Translations under genes and position numbers: made by a program
From: Octopus vulgaris
Lineage: Eukaryota
DNA length: 64,000 nt
Reading direction: 5' to 3'
Assembly: GCA_951406725.2 (NCBI GenBank)
Contig: OX597814.1
Coordinates: 97,402,001 to 97,466,000 of the forward strand
Part shown: positions 26,142 through 39,651 of the stretch, piece after piece
Layout of the letters: each line of letters opens with the position of its first letter
Numbering within the stretch: the stretch's first letter is position 1
The notes under the pieces: generated by a model
Told to the model about the DNA's origin: nothing
Databases searched by the model: none
Seen by the model: the letters and a program-made list of their open reading frames with translations, nothing else

Positions 26142-26536
26142 CTAGCAGTATCGCCCGGCGTTGCTCAGGTTTGTTTCGACCTTTTAGAATTGGAAATTTT
26201 GAAAAGTAAAAATTTTGCATTATGTAGCTTGTTATTCTCTTTAAGTGAACTTTTTACTGGTTGAAATACACTGAAAAATGGCGACACAGCAGTCAAAAAA
26301 TCGTAAAAAAATAGGGATTTTCATAGAAAAAAAGCACCTTTTTGATGTAAATAATTTTTGGTGTTAACATGGTCCAATTTAAATTTTTTCTTCTACAGAA
26401 GGAAGAGCAAGCCTTCTTCTATCATACTCTCAATTTTGGTCAACTTGCGCTGTAGGGTCTCGGAAGAGATAGTGTTAGTTGAAGGCTACCAAACCTGCTA
26501 TACACAGACAACTTCAGCTTTATATATATAGAGAGA
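26142..26536 (-). mobile_element. Non-autonomous Helitron
   Basis: Minus strand starts TCTCTATATATATAAAGC, has a subterminal hairpin-like (c)ctgagcaacgccgggcg and ends CTAG. Inserted between A and T. Confidence 0.75.
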
Positions 26537-26744
26537 TGTTATGTGATATTTTTCGGTAGAATGGCATGGTTAGCTGAAGTTGGTGGAGAAAAATAAACTT
26601 GAAATTCTTTTTGTTTTCTATTATAATGCTTTACTGAGAATCTGAATATTTCATCAATATATACCACAGAAAATGCTTATGTTTATTATACATAAATGTA
26701 TACAGATATACAGCAGAGATACATCCAAACACAAACACATATAG

Positions 26745-26759
26745 CATGTGTCTATCTAT

Positions 26760-26841
<82 letters not shown>

Positions 26842-27098
26842 GTCTGTCTGTCTATCTGTCTGTCCATCTACCTATCTGTCTATCTGTTTATCTATTTCTC
26901 TATCCATCCCTCCACACATATACATACATACGCAGAAACATACACATATATACAAACATCTCTCTCGCTCTATCTCGGTCTCGCTCTACATATATATATA
27001 TATATATATGTATGTATATATATATATGTGTGTGTATGTGTATGCATATATATATGTATATATGTATATATATATGTATGTGTATGTGTATACATATA

Positions 27099-27147
<49 letters not shown>

Positions 27148-27215
27148 CATATATGCACATATACACACACATTTAATAGTACATACATGCATGCACATAC
27201 ACATATACACACATG
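26745..27215. repeat. Compound microsatellite (TCTA)n/(TA)n/(TG)n
   Basis: Direct reading. Confidence 0.95.
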
Positions 27216-29964
27216 ACTTTGGAGAGGAGTGAAATATGCTAGATGTCCTCAATACAGGAAGGATATGACCAATGAATAAGTTGGTGGTTTAGGTTCAGAG
27301 AGTTGTAGAGGAAGCAGGTTTAACAGAACAGAGAGGAGAAACTGTAAGCCAGACTAACAGTTAGGGAAAATTTTGTCCAGAGATAAAAATGGAGGGAACT
27401 TATGCTGATTGGAAAGTAATAAAATGAGAGCATAAGGGTAAATAAAAGAAAGACTGGCTTTTTAAAATAAACTATTGGCAATTGCAGGTGAAGAAGGTGA
27501 AGAAGAAACTAATGTTTGACATGAATTGGAAAGATATGCTGTAAAATAAAAAAAAAAATTCAAGTAGAAATGAATGCAGAGCTCAAGGAATGTAAGTAAC
27601 TGAAAGAAAAGAAAATGAAACATAAGAAAATGGAGCAAAACTTCGAGCAGAAAGGTTAAGAATTGCTGAAATGAGACAGAAACAAATCCCATCCTTTTTT
27701 TTATGAGTACTACACAGTAATGCAGGTGTGGTAAGTCTGTTGTATACACACACACACACTTGTATGCATGTATGTATATCTGTATGAGTGAGTGTAAATT
27801 TATGTCTTCATGCTTTGACATTGCATTTCATTGTCATACAAGAAGTGTCATTCATTTTCAGTATTCTGGGAAAACATGTCTGGCCATAGAAAATTGGCCT
27901 CAAAAAACACCATGCTAGGATGGAAAAATGAACGATGATGATGATGATGATGATGCAAGTAAATAAATAAATAAATAAAAGTCCCAAACTACCAGTGGCT
28001 GCTTTTGTGTTAATTCTTTTTTTTTTTTTAATAATTGGGTAAATATTAACATTATCATATTAACTAAATATGTTTATAAACCAAATCAATATGCTAAAAC
28101 AGAAAAGGATGAAATAGATTTAGTCTAAAATACTGTTCTGATAGAAAGACTAATGGCATTAATGACACATTAAAATACATAAATAATAATGGAACATTCC
28201 AATGATAAAGTAACCACATAGGCACTACAAGCATACCAGCTGATAAGGAATTTAAAAGTTATGTAATTTTGTTGAGATAAGTGGCTCAAAAGATCATTTT
28301 GTCTCATACAAAGTTGCAGAAAAGTGACATGAAACATGGAACTTCCTTAATATTTAACTTTCATCATGTTTTCATTTCTTCCTGTATTATTGTTTTTCTC
28401 TATATGAAAGAAATATGTAACAAGGATTGTTTCTTACATTGCAAAATGCATGAAGTTAGAAATCAATATTTGTAATTTATACTGAAAATACACTTTTCAT
28501 CAATTTTATTAAACAAGTTGGCCTATGCTAAAATATGTAAGGTAATAGTTAAGCTCTAATGTATGCAACAAGCATTAAACTCAACTGAAAATAATTAAGC
28601 AACAAGGACAAAAAAATAGTATTCCATGGCAAATATTATTTCATTACTCAAACAAATATGGGAGATAATTCTGAGCATGTTTTGTTCTTATTATGACCTC
28701 ATTATCAATTTTACTAGTCTTCCTCCCCCTTTTTTTTTTGTTTTCCTCACACTATTTGTTTCTTACATTAAATATATCAATACTGTCATAACTATTGTTT
28801 TTAACATGTATGGTTTCTCTGAGTCATTGATTCTCAAACTGTTATTTTTCTACACCAAGAAGTATACAAACTTGCACATTTAGTGATTTTTCTGCATCAC
28901 TGCTTCAGCAAATAAGCTGAAGTTTGTGCTTTGCTGATAAGATCAAAATGTGTCCTGCATAGCTACATTTACTCAACAAAAAAGATTAAAATCAGTTACT
29001 GTTTCTTTTATTGCAGTAAAAAAATATTTCTAGAAAACATACCGCATTAAATTTGTTAACACAAACGTAACTATTAATCAAATGATGAAGAATGGTGGCA
29101 TGTTAGAATTGTTGGAGCTTCAGAGAAAATGCCTTGTGGTATTTCTGGTTCTTATGTCTAAGTCCAAATCCCACCAACCCTGTCAAAAGACTTTGGTGCC
29201 TGGGGGTGCTTCAGAATATTCTGGGTGGGTACTAATTTGTATTGCAAGAAGAGTTTTGTAAACTATATTTTCTAAACCTGAGGGTACACTATGGAATAAT
29301 GAGGGGGGAAATGCCCTCCAGTGCACCATCTTAGTGATGGTAGGAATCTCATTAAGGCCAACGTTGATTTTTGTCCTTTTGGAGTTGATAAAATAAAATT
29401 CCAGATAAATAAAAGGGTCAGTATATATGCCTAATTGTCTTCCCCCCAAATTCTGGTAATCTGCCTAAATTCATTAGCAAATAGTACTACAAAATGTTCA
29501 CATTGTACAATAATTCATTCTGCTGCAGAGATCTACTGTTTAAATTAGTGTTTTTTATTTGCTTCAACCATCATACTGCAGACATGTTGAAGCCCTACTT
29601 TTGAAGGGTTTAATCTATCAAGTTTGGTATCTATTCTATCAAACTTTTTTTGCCAAACTGTTAGGTTACGGCAAAGTTAACAAAACATCATCAACTGTCA
29701 AGCAGTGTGAGGACAAAACACAAAGACACTCATGCACGCATACATATAGATATAAATATACATCTGTATATTTGTGTAGGCGCATATAAATAAACACACG
29801 TGCGCTCACGTACGTACGTATATATGTAGGCAAATCGAATATTAAAAGTTGAACAGTAATAATCGAACATTAAAAATTAAAAAAATAACAATAACAAAAC
29901 AAGAGGACATACACATGGAATGTATTAGTTTAACACTCAGGAAAGGTGGAAAGAAGAGTGGATT

Positions 29965-29997
29965 TTTAACGTTTCGAGCATAGCTCTTCATCAGAAA
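29965..29997 (-). ncRNA. Minimal hammerhead motif in a ~230 bp repeat (29840-30065)
   Basis: Minus strand UUU-CUGAUGA-A-GAGC-UAU-GCUC-GAAA-CG-UU-AAA; palindromic ACGU helix III. Confidence 0.55.
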
Positions 29998-31159
29998 GGA
30001 AAACGGAAAAGTCCAGAGAAGGAAAATTTTCATGAACAGTACGTGTGTAGTTACATGGTTGAAGTATGTATGTATATATGTATGTATGTATGTATGACAA
30101 GTTTCCACAGAGCATCTGTCAATCAAATTTACTCACAAGGCATTGGCTGTCAACAAAATCGATTTTTCCATGCTTCTTGAAATTCGCCAACTCTACATCT
30201 GATGTTCCTTTACTTTTCGCTCTTTACTTTCCTATTTTTTTGTGCATTATTCTATGAACTATACATGCACTTTTGGCTACCTTTTCTGATGAGTTGTAAT
30301 GCACCCGAGCACTATATGCAATTAGAGCATTATTATTATTTTAGGTATCAGGGGATGAATAAAGTCAGTTGAATCGACTCAATTTTGTGAAGATATAAAT
30401 TCAAAATATTGAGGCATAAAACTAAATAAGTGTAGGATATTTTAATATACTATCTGTTACTTCTTGTACCGTTTTGAAATTAAATGTTTGCTTTCAAACA
30501 GAAAATTGTAAAAATATGTAAATGGTAGCAACAAATTTAGCTTAAAAAAATTAATTCATTTAGCATTCAAAGCGAATTTACTTTCAAATGTATATCTTCT
30601 TCATATTATATTAACATCATATTAATATTTACTGAGTAGGGTAGTGGTGGAACATTTCATAACTAAAACAAGATAAAATGCTCACAACCGTTCTTCCTTC
30701 TCTTCCTCTCTTACGCCTTCTCTCTCTGCCTAAAAAAATCATACATACATACGCACAGACACAAGCACACACAGATTACATACAATTTTATAATGAGACA
30801 AACACTTTGATTCTGATACTTCATACAAATACTCATCTCTTTATTAGCTACTGAGGGCCCAAATACTAAAACACGACTGTGTGTGCGTGCGTATGTGTAT
30901 CGCTGTGTCTTAATGTTTCTTTGAACTCGCAAGAACAAAACATTTGTTACAATATAAAAAATTCTAATTGAAAAACGAATCAAGAAAAGAAACAAAATTT
31001 TCATTATGTAACACAACATCATTAGCACTAAAATATATAATTTTATCTTTAGTTCAAGGTTACATGTTCAAATGAGGAAAAATTTAACGCGAGCTATTTC
31101 AACAGAGATAATTGAATAAAATCTTAAGCTACAGACGGGTTAGCTGACGAAGAGGCTTT

Positions 31160-31576
31160 GAATCTTTTCGGTTTGAATGGCAGTTTTTCTAGCGTTGTCA
31201 TATGAAATTGTCACCCATAATTATGACCCTAGTATTGATCTATTGCATTTCAATCTGTTTTAGGGTTAGGGTTAGGGGTTATGGGAAGGGTATCTTTTTT
31301 TCTTCAGCAATGTAAATAAACCCAATCTGTTTCTTAAACGAGGAACATATTCATACGGCACAGAATGTTTTCACCTCAATATACGTCATTGATTGGTTGA
31401 AATTGCAGAAATTGAAGAAAAAAAAGCAACAAATATCTTACAAACTATAGAATTTTCTCAATAAAGCCAAGAGAAAAAGATGTTTTCTAAACACATAATA
31501 CCTGTATACGAAGTTTAAAAGTGTTTAGTTACGTGGCAATTATTTTAAAAAACTGCCATTCAAACCAAAAAGATCC
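31160..31576. mobile_element. MITE with ~28 bp TIRs, 8 bp TSD and internal TTAGGG units (Merlin-like)
   Basis: TIRs gaatcttttcggtttgaatggcagtttt / aaaactgccattcaaaccaaaaagatcc; TSD gaggcttt at 31152-31159 and 31577-31584. Superfamily inferred from the GG end plus 8 bp TSD. Confidence 0.85.
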
Positions 31577-32050
31577 GAGGCTTTTACTTAATCAATCGAC
31601 CTGTAGAATTGGATGCGAAATTTCCCAACCATCTTAAAAGAGAAAACACAGTCTGTAAACTCTTTTTATATACAATATTTCTGATAATTAAAAAAAAAAT
31701 GGTTGGTAACGGCTAAAATGTCAATGATAATTTATGTATGGTATTTAAAGGCTGCCTGGCAAATAAACAACAGTAAAATTGGATTTTATATTAATACTTT
31801 CGAAAGTACATACATACGTACACACATACACTTTCTTTATATTGGAACTGAAACAGGATTTGCCTGAGGACTTGAGTTTCACACCACTGCGATCATCGGA
31901 CGGGAATGCAGTGGCGCGTGATTCGAGTTACAAGACAAGCTCTCAATTTCAGTAACACACATACACACACACGGGTGCTCAATAGACACTCTTACCTCAT
32001 TCTTCCTACATAAACCAACGTACGAATGCGTATGCGTGTATGTGTTTGTG

Positions 32051-32082
<32 letters not shown>

Positions 32083-32414
32083 CGTGTACATATACATACA
32101 TACATACATACATACATACATACATACATACATACATACATACATACATACATACATACATACATACATACATACTTACATACATACACACACATGTGTA
32201 TTATGTGTAGATACACACATATGCATGTGTGCGTATGTATGTGTATACATCATCAGTAAATCATAAATCCGAAAAAGATTTTTTCTTGCTGCTCTCTCTC
32301 TCTGTGTATATGTATGTATGTATGTATGTATGTACGTACGTGCATACGTATGTATGTATGTACGTACGTGCATACGTATGTATGTATGTATGTATGTATG
32401 TATGTATGTATGTA

Positions 32415-32640
32415 TAATGCTTTATTATAGATCCCTGTCAGTAGATTTACAAATCATTTTCGTACACTAGAGCTTGGGAAAACAAATTCTTGACCTCCCA
32501 TCCACCCCACTACCATACACATCAACACCGTCCCGCTCGGCCTAGCCCCAACCCCGCTCTAAAAGCATTTACTTCATACACCATTATGGCATTTGTCCGT
32601 TCTTTGTGAGCATGCAAACGTGGATTCTTCATATTTAGTT
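32415..32640 (-). mobile_element. Probable retroelement 3' end with AATAAA and (TACA)n tail
   Basis: Minus strand ends ...gggatctataataaagcattatacatacatac; family not recognised. Confidence 0.4.
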
Positions 32641-33381
32641 ACATACATACATACATTTGTAAATGGTCGTGGTCACCATTATAGATAATGGTCCGTGGTG
32701 CGTGTTGTGTCCATCTAATGTTGACTTATATCAGAAGGCTGAAATAATGCATATAATGTGCCAGTTGGAAAAGAGAAAGACAACCACGTAGAAGGCTTAT
32801 GAAAGATTTATTGATATTATCTGTGTGGGTTGTATGTTTGCAGTTAACCATGGTGAAGTAGTTCACGAAGAACAGCGCTATGTTAGAACCTGTGCAGTGT
32901 TGCTGGTGCTGTGCACGTAGAAATGTTGTTGACGACGTTGGTGAAAGACATGATGGTGGCGACGAAGGTGGAGGTCGCTGTAATGCTGTTGGACGAGTGT
33001 TGTCTGACGTCATCGCTGGAACTGGCTGTGTCGTGTGGTCTGTGGCTAGACCTTAGAAGGTCTGGAACCAAAGATATCGAGAAGAGAAGTTGAGTTTTTA
33101 TAAGTAACAGTAGGCCCAAATTGGAGAACAAATTGTTTCACGTGATCTTATTTAGGGACTTCTGTTGGTTAGGTTGCATATTGGCGCGCTAGAGTAAGAT
33201 ACAATTTGCGCCAATACCAACCAATCAGAGTGGTGGACACAACAGGTGTCCAAATAACAGCCAAGGTTAGCTGTTAACTGCTACGTTGGTATGTCTGTAT
33301 ATATAATAAAGGAGAGAGGAATTTCACTAGGGTGTACGCTACACATACATAAGTACATACATCACGTAGACGATATTTTCA

Positions 33382-33610
33382 AGGCGCCGAACTGGCAGAA
33401 ACGTTAGCACGCCGGGCGAAATGCTTAGCGGTATTTCGTCTGCCGTTACGTTCTGAGTTCAAATTCCGCCGAGGTCGACTTTGCCTTTCATCCTTTCGGG
33501 GTCGATAAATTAAGTACCAGTTACGCACTGGGGTCGATGTAATCGGCTTAATCCGTTTGTCTGTCCTTGTTTGTCCCCTTTGTGTTTAGCCCTTTGTAGG
33601 TAGTAAAGAT
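33382..33610 (+). mobile_element. SINE family B, well-preserved copy
   Basis: aaggcgccgaactggcagaaacgttagc...gagttcaaattccgccgaggtcgactttgcctttcatcctttcggggtcgataaattaagtacc. Confidence 0.88.
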
Positions 33611-33993
33611 ACAGATATTTCCAACCGAGCCATTTCAACTGTATCTATTCAAGTGCTTCAATTCTGTGTATGTACACATTTATTCGATTACTGACATTTA
33701 TCAATGGTTATCAATGTTTTGATGCACCATATTCTATAATTTGCAGAACTGTGGGCATTTTTGGCGACATGGGTATTCTAATAACTTATATGATTTAATA
33801 TATAATACTTCGTTATATAATATATTAATTATATATTATCTTATAAGTTAATATGTAACTTATAATAATATATTATATGTTAATTAATAAACACATTACA
33901 GCTGATAACTTCGAAGAAATAACAGCCATGTCTAAAAATGATAATTTATCTACATCTAATCACCAGAACCTCACAAGGTACATCCACTGCAGA

Positions 33994-34838
33994 CACTAGC
34001 GTAGCTAGTGTGTACCGGCCGGGATGGCCCTTCCGTTTTCCGTCCCCGGACCCTACAAAAAACACATCTTGCCTACAGCAGACCCAAAAGTGTCGCCCGA
34101 GGCGCGAAATTTTTTCCCACGAGAGTTCCGGACTCCAGTAATGAACTCATTTGCATACAGCTAACCAGAGCTCACCTTGAAAATCCATGTACTGTATACT
34201 GCTACGGTACAACAAGTCAGGCATAGAATGATGTATGCCACTCTGTGAGTACAGCATAGCAGGTCTCACATAAGCACCACATTCCCCCTCCACCATCCTC
34301 ATAGATCAACTGAGCACCATCTCTATACAGAGCTAACATTAGGTACCTATGCTCAGACTGAGATTTGTGATACTGCATGTACCCATTGATATATGCAAGG
34401 AGGGCGCAATACGACACAACGCCATATTGATGACGATGTTTCCAGATTAACACCAACATTTTAAATAAGGAATGTACAGAATCAGTAAAAAAAATTAGGA
34501 AACTACACTCATTTATATTTTCTTGTAAATTTCATAAATTAGCAACATTTATGGCATAATCGGTGAGCAGCTCACCATTCACTTTATACACTAAATTTCA
34601 CATTTGTCACCCCTATAAACCCGTTTAGAACAGTTAGATTTTGCTAAACACATTTTCCATTGAACTCAAACAGAGTATTTTCGTGACTAGGTGGACACTA
34701 GTTTGATAGTTGAGCTCTGATTGGCTGTATGCAAATGAGTTCATAACTTGGATCCGGAACTCTGGTGGGAAAAAATTCGTGTCCGTGGCACAACACCCCT
34801 ACCGCCCCTGGCGCTCCACCCGCTTAGCTACGCTAGTC
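33994..34838. mobile_element. hAT-type non-autonomous element with 8 bp TSD and internal inverted repeats
   Basis: TIRs cactagcgtagcta / tagctacgctagtc; perfect TSD actgcaga at 33986-33993 and 34839-34846. Confidence 0.88.
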
Positions 34839-35024
34839 ACTGCAGATACAATAATCGATCATTATATGCTTTAAACGGAACCTAGTATACTGCACAACTA
34901 TAATCATGAATAACAAACCTCTACTTTATCATCGTGTGCATGTTTAGTAGCTAAAGACACTACCAACACGAATATTTTCTTCAACTAAAATATAAAGATA
35001 TTACTTCAGTTTCTAGATAGAAAG

Positions 35025-35400
35025 GCAGACCTGGTTGTGTAGTTAAGAAGCATGCTTTACCACTACGTGGTTGTAGTTGGGCAAGTGTACTTTGCTATAA
35101 CTCCGGGTCGACCAATGCCTTATGAGTGAATATGAGTAGTCGGAAACTGTAAGGAGGGCCGTCGTATAGTTGTGTGTATGTGTGTGTGTCTTTTTGTAAG
35201 TGTTTGTCCACTCTCACTGCTTGACAACCGGTGTTGTTTGTTTCCGTCCTCGTAAATTAACGGTTCGGCAAAAGAGACCGATAGAATAAGTACCAGACTT
35301 ACACATAAGTACTAGGGGTAGACTTGTTCGACTAAAGCCTTTCGTGCTGGTGCCCCAGCGTATCCTCAGTCCAACGACTGAAACAAATAAATGATAAAAC
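35025..35400 (+). mobile_element. SINE family A (tail repeated at 35477-35525)
   Basis: Head, (TG)n and tail as in 51165-51608. Confidence 0.75.
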
Positions 35401-35992
35401 ATACATACATGCATGCATACATACGTACATATGCGCGCGCGTACACACACACACACACACATACATACATACAATGTGGTGCCCCAGTATGGCCGCAGTC
35501 CAATGAGTGAAATAAATAAAAGGTTAAAGCTAGATGGCCCTTAGAGTTTAGAAATATACTCCTACAATATTAAATAGAAAATATTAATATTCGCCAGAAC
35601 TTGTCAGACCAATAACAAATCATATTACTTATATACATTCGACCCTACTAAAATTTTCTCCTCAAAAATGAATTTATCGATCCGTAACTCTGAACTGGAT
35701 TTCTCTTGCAAACATAAAATCCTTAAGACACTAAAAATATTTACACCTATCATATCCTTAAAAAAATGGTTTCAAATTTTGGCACAAAGCCACCAGTTTT
35801 GGGGAAAGGTCTAAGTCAGTGTAACTGACTCCAGTGTCCAACTGGTACTTATTTTATCAAACCCCAAAGGATGAAAGTCAAAGTCGACCTCTGCGGAATT
35901 TGAACTCAGCACGCAAAGACGGACGAAATGTTGCTAAGCATTTTGCACGGCTTGCTAACGATTCTGCCAGCTCACCACCATAATTAATAATA

Positions 35993-36023
<31 letters not shown>

Positions 36024-36029
36024 CGATGA

Positions 36030-37268
36030 TAATACCCAGAGCTCAAAGAGGTCGAGGCTTGTTCCAGTTTGAAATCTCTTACAAAACTACCTCAATTGGA
36101 CTGGCAAAATATCTTGAAACAACTAACGACTGGATGCTAAAGCTCGTTGAAAACCATGTGAAACGTAAGAAGCTTCATTCTGTTATAAAGGAGAGCACAA
36201 AATTTTCTAGTAAGTTTATGTATAATACGCATTCTAGTGAGTTTATGTAAAATAGACATTTCTGAAAATGATAATTTATCTAAATCTAACCACCAGAATC
36301 TCACAAGGTACATCCTGCATGATGGAAGTGCAGCAACTGTAGTTGCAAAGAAGGTGAAATCAATAATAAAGCAAAATGCGTTTGAACAACTGGCTGATAT
36401 GTGGCCCATAGCAAACAAGCTGATGTAGACCAGAAGTACACCCATCAGTAGCTACAGAGCTCAGGGCTAAAGGCAGAGAGTGAAAGCTTTATCTTGACTG
36501 CTTAAGATCAGGGCATATTGACTTGGAACTATCAAGCCAATATGATGAAAAATGGTGTAGACGCAAAGTACCAATAGTGCACCGATTGGACCACGTAATC
36601 TCTGGGTGTAAGGTTTTAGCGCCTGTAGAATTGGATAATGTGCCGGCATTATAAAATCAAAACTGCGGATAAATAGAACAATCACCACTCTGAAGCTGTA
36701 ACTGGAGGAGAAAATGTATCGATTCTTTGGGACTTGCCATCAAAGCAAATAAACCATATTGTGGTGAAAGACCAAAAAAAAAAAAAAAATAATAATAATA
36801 AAGTCTGTCTATTGACTGACTTGAGCATACCCTGTGACCATAATATCTCGGCAAAAGAATTTGATAAGCACAGAGAATATGTGGCATCTCAAGACAGTTA
36901 CAATACCAGTGATTGCAGGAGCACTTGTAATGATCAAAAAAGGGACTGAAAATTATTTAAGACTGATCCCTGGCTTACCACCCTGCAGGAAGTCCAGATG
37001 ATTGTCTTAACTGTTACGTCACACGTACTGAGAAGAGTATTGTCGCTGTAAATTTTCTTTCTTTTTTTCCCCTTTATTTTCTTTGCTTACGCTTTCCGTT
37101 TTTTATTTTTCCTTTTCTCTTTGTCGTTCTTCCTCTTTTTCACATGACTTTGTAAATGAACAATCTGGTGTGTTTATTTTAATGGCCTACCAATATATAT
37201 AGTGCGTATCTCTGCCCTAGGTGTCAGGAAGACACTCGGCAAGAAATGGAAACAGAATTGAAAGAAGA
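36030..37268 (+). pseudogene. Decayed R4/Dong-type LINE 3' half
   Basis: IPRAQRGRGLFQFE, SGLKAESE..A*DQ, DLSIPCDHNISAKEFDK and LRRVL* motifs, collinear with the 22968 element; ends in (TAA)n. Confidence 0.82.
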
Positions 37269-37378
37269 TAATAATAATAATAATAATAATAATGAGAAGA
37301 AGAAGAAGAAGAAGAAGAAGAAGAAGAAGAAGAAGAAGAAGAAGAAGAAGAAGAAGAAGAAGAAGAAGAAGAAGAAGA
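37269..37378. repeat. (TAA)n followed by (GAA)n microsatellite
   Basis: Direct reading. Confidence 0.95.
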
Positions 37379-37384
37379 ATAAGA

Positions 37385-38340
37385 AGACTCCCATATAGGT
37401 AATAGCGAAGAAAGTTTATTAAAAGCTGCTACAATCACAGCAAGAGAGGGAAACCAAAAAAACAAAAAAAAAAACAAACCCAAACGAAGTTTAAAAACCA
37501 GAAAAAAGAACATAAATTATCTGATTGGCAGGAGAAGACGTTGCATGATAGATTCCCAAAGATAGTTGCAACAAATAGTAGTAGTGAGACATGGTCATGG
37601 TTGCAGAAAGGAAAGCTGAAGAGGGAGATAAAAAATTTGTTAGTAACTGCACAAGATCAAGCGATTAGGACTAATTGGATAAAAACCAAGAAAGACAAAA
37701 ACCAAGTAGATTCCCAATGTGGATTATGCAAATCAAAAGATAACATCGTTATTCATATAGTAAGTGAACGTAGCATGCTAGCGCAGAAAGAATACAAGAA
37801 AAACATGACAATCTAAGGAGATTAATTGACTGGGAGCTATGTAGAAAGCTAAGATTTGAACATACAGATAAATGGTATGAACGTGAACCTAGCAAAGTAC
37901 TAGAAGGTAAGAGATATAAGATGTTGTAGGACTTCAACATTCAGATTGACAGAGTAACAGAAGTTAGAAGGCCTGAGAAGAGAAAGTGTCCGATAATTGA
38001 CTTTACAGTCCTAGATGATGAAGACATCAATATGAGAAGTATAGAAAAAATAGCAAAGTACTAGGACCTCACTATCGAATTACGGAGACTTTGGAATGTG
38101 AAGGTAAAATGTATTCTTAGTAGTTTTAGGTGCATTGGGAACGATCCCTAAAGATCTGAATAAATGGACAGAGGAAATAGGTATAAAACTTAGTTTAGTA
38201 CAGCTCCAGAAAAATAGCGTTATTATGGACAGCTAGGATACATAAGAGGGATTTTGGCATCTAAGGTTACTTGTTGTAGCCCGATGTTAGGATTTTTTCT
38301 TTTCTAACAGTCTAGTCTGTTGAGTGTATATAAAAATAAT
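37385..38340 (+). pseudogene. Decayed R4/Dong-type LINE 3' end (third, divergent family)
   Basis: WQEKTLH...WSWLQKGKLKRE...AQDQAIRTN...CGLCKSKDNIVIHIVSE, then DFNIQID...RRP, IIDF and ALGTIPK motifs; ends at taataat. Confidence 0.82.
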
Positions 38341-38344
38341 AATG

Positions 38345-39651
38345 ATAAAAGAGAACCTTACCACTTCATCTAACCATACATTTACATATTTTTATTCAGC
38401 TATTACTCTTCTAATGCTGACTTTAATTTCCCTCTGTCATTTTTCACTACATTTGTATCTCACATATGACGTATATTTTCTAAAAATGTAATATTTTAGC
38501 AAGTTTTTCTATATGATTACTATTTGGATTGTTTATTTCTGTTTTTACATTAAAGGTGAAAATGGAAGAAAATGAGATGCATTTTCCTCTTTTGATGCTC
38601 TTTTATTTCCGGAGAGGTAAAAACACTGTAAAAGCAAGAAAGGAAAAAAAGCTATGTGCACTTTCCAGAGATGGTGCTATACTTGAGAGGACTGTTCGTA
38701 AATGGTTCGCTAGGTTTAGGAATGGAAGTTTTGATCTGAAGATTATGAACGTTCCGGCAGGCTTACAATCGTTGATGATGGTCAAACCGAAATGCTAATC
38801 AACAATAATCTCGGTCACACAACTTGAAGCATCGGAGAAATACTCCCCATGCCTCACATGAGCATTATACGGCAACTAAAAGCACTTGGATACATGAATT
38901 GCTATGATATTTGCATACCTTGTAATTTAACGAAAAAAATTTAATGGACCAATTGAGCGATTCTCTGTTCAACCACAACAAAACTACTCATTTTTGAAAG
39001 GAATGATTACAGGTGATGAAAAATGAATTGTTCACAACAAGGTAGAGCGACTGAGGCCCATGAAACAAAAACAAAATGAACCACACCACCTTTAATCACT
39101 CTAAAAGCCGGTCAGTATCCGAAGAAGGTGATGCCCTGTATCTGGTGAAATTAGAAGGGTATTGTGTTACGAGCTCCTTCCGCAAAATCAGGCATTAAAT
39201 TCGGATAATTATTGTCCCAATAATTAGACCAATTAAAGAATACAATAGATGAAAACCGTTCAGGATTGGCCAATAAGAAGAATGTCGTCTTTTTCAGGGC
39301 AACACTAAACTTCATATTTCCTTGCAGACCCGGCAGAAAGTGTTACAGCTTGACTGTAATGTCCTACCATACCCACCATACTCACTTAAACTTGTACCTT
39401 TGTATTACATTTATGTATGCGATCATTACAAAATTCTCTTAATGGGAAAAGTTTCAATTCTTTGGAAAACTGTAAAATCCACTTAGACCAGTTCATGACC
39501 TAGAAAGAAGCCAAGTTCTGGGCGGATGGTGAAAGGTAATAGAACAAAATAGAACATATACGGCTGAATAAAGTTGTGTAAATATCTAAAGATTGCTTTT
39601 GAATTTTACATAAAAAAAAAAAACGGTACGAACTTTTGTTCCAACCCAATA
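38345..39651 (+). mobile_element. Decayed mariner (D,D34D) transposon
   Basis: HFPLLMLFYFRRGKN...ERTVRKWFARFRNGSFDL (HTH), MITGDEK and HPPYS motifs; right TIR aaacggtacgaacttttgttccaacccaata (39620-39651). Left TIR not found. Confidence 0.9.

Noticed and set aside
31258-31285. Telomere or chromosome-fusion site
   Set aside because: Only about three units, internal to a TSD-flanked MITE.
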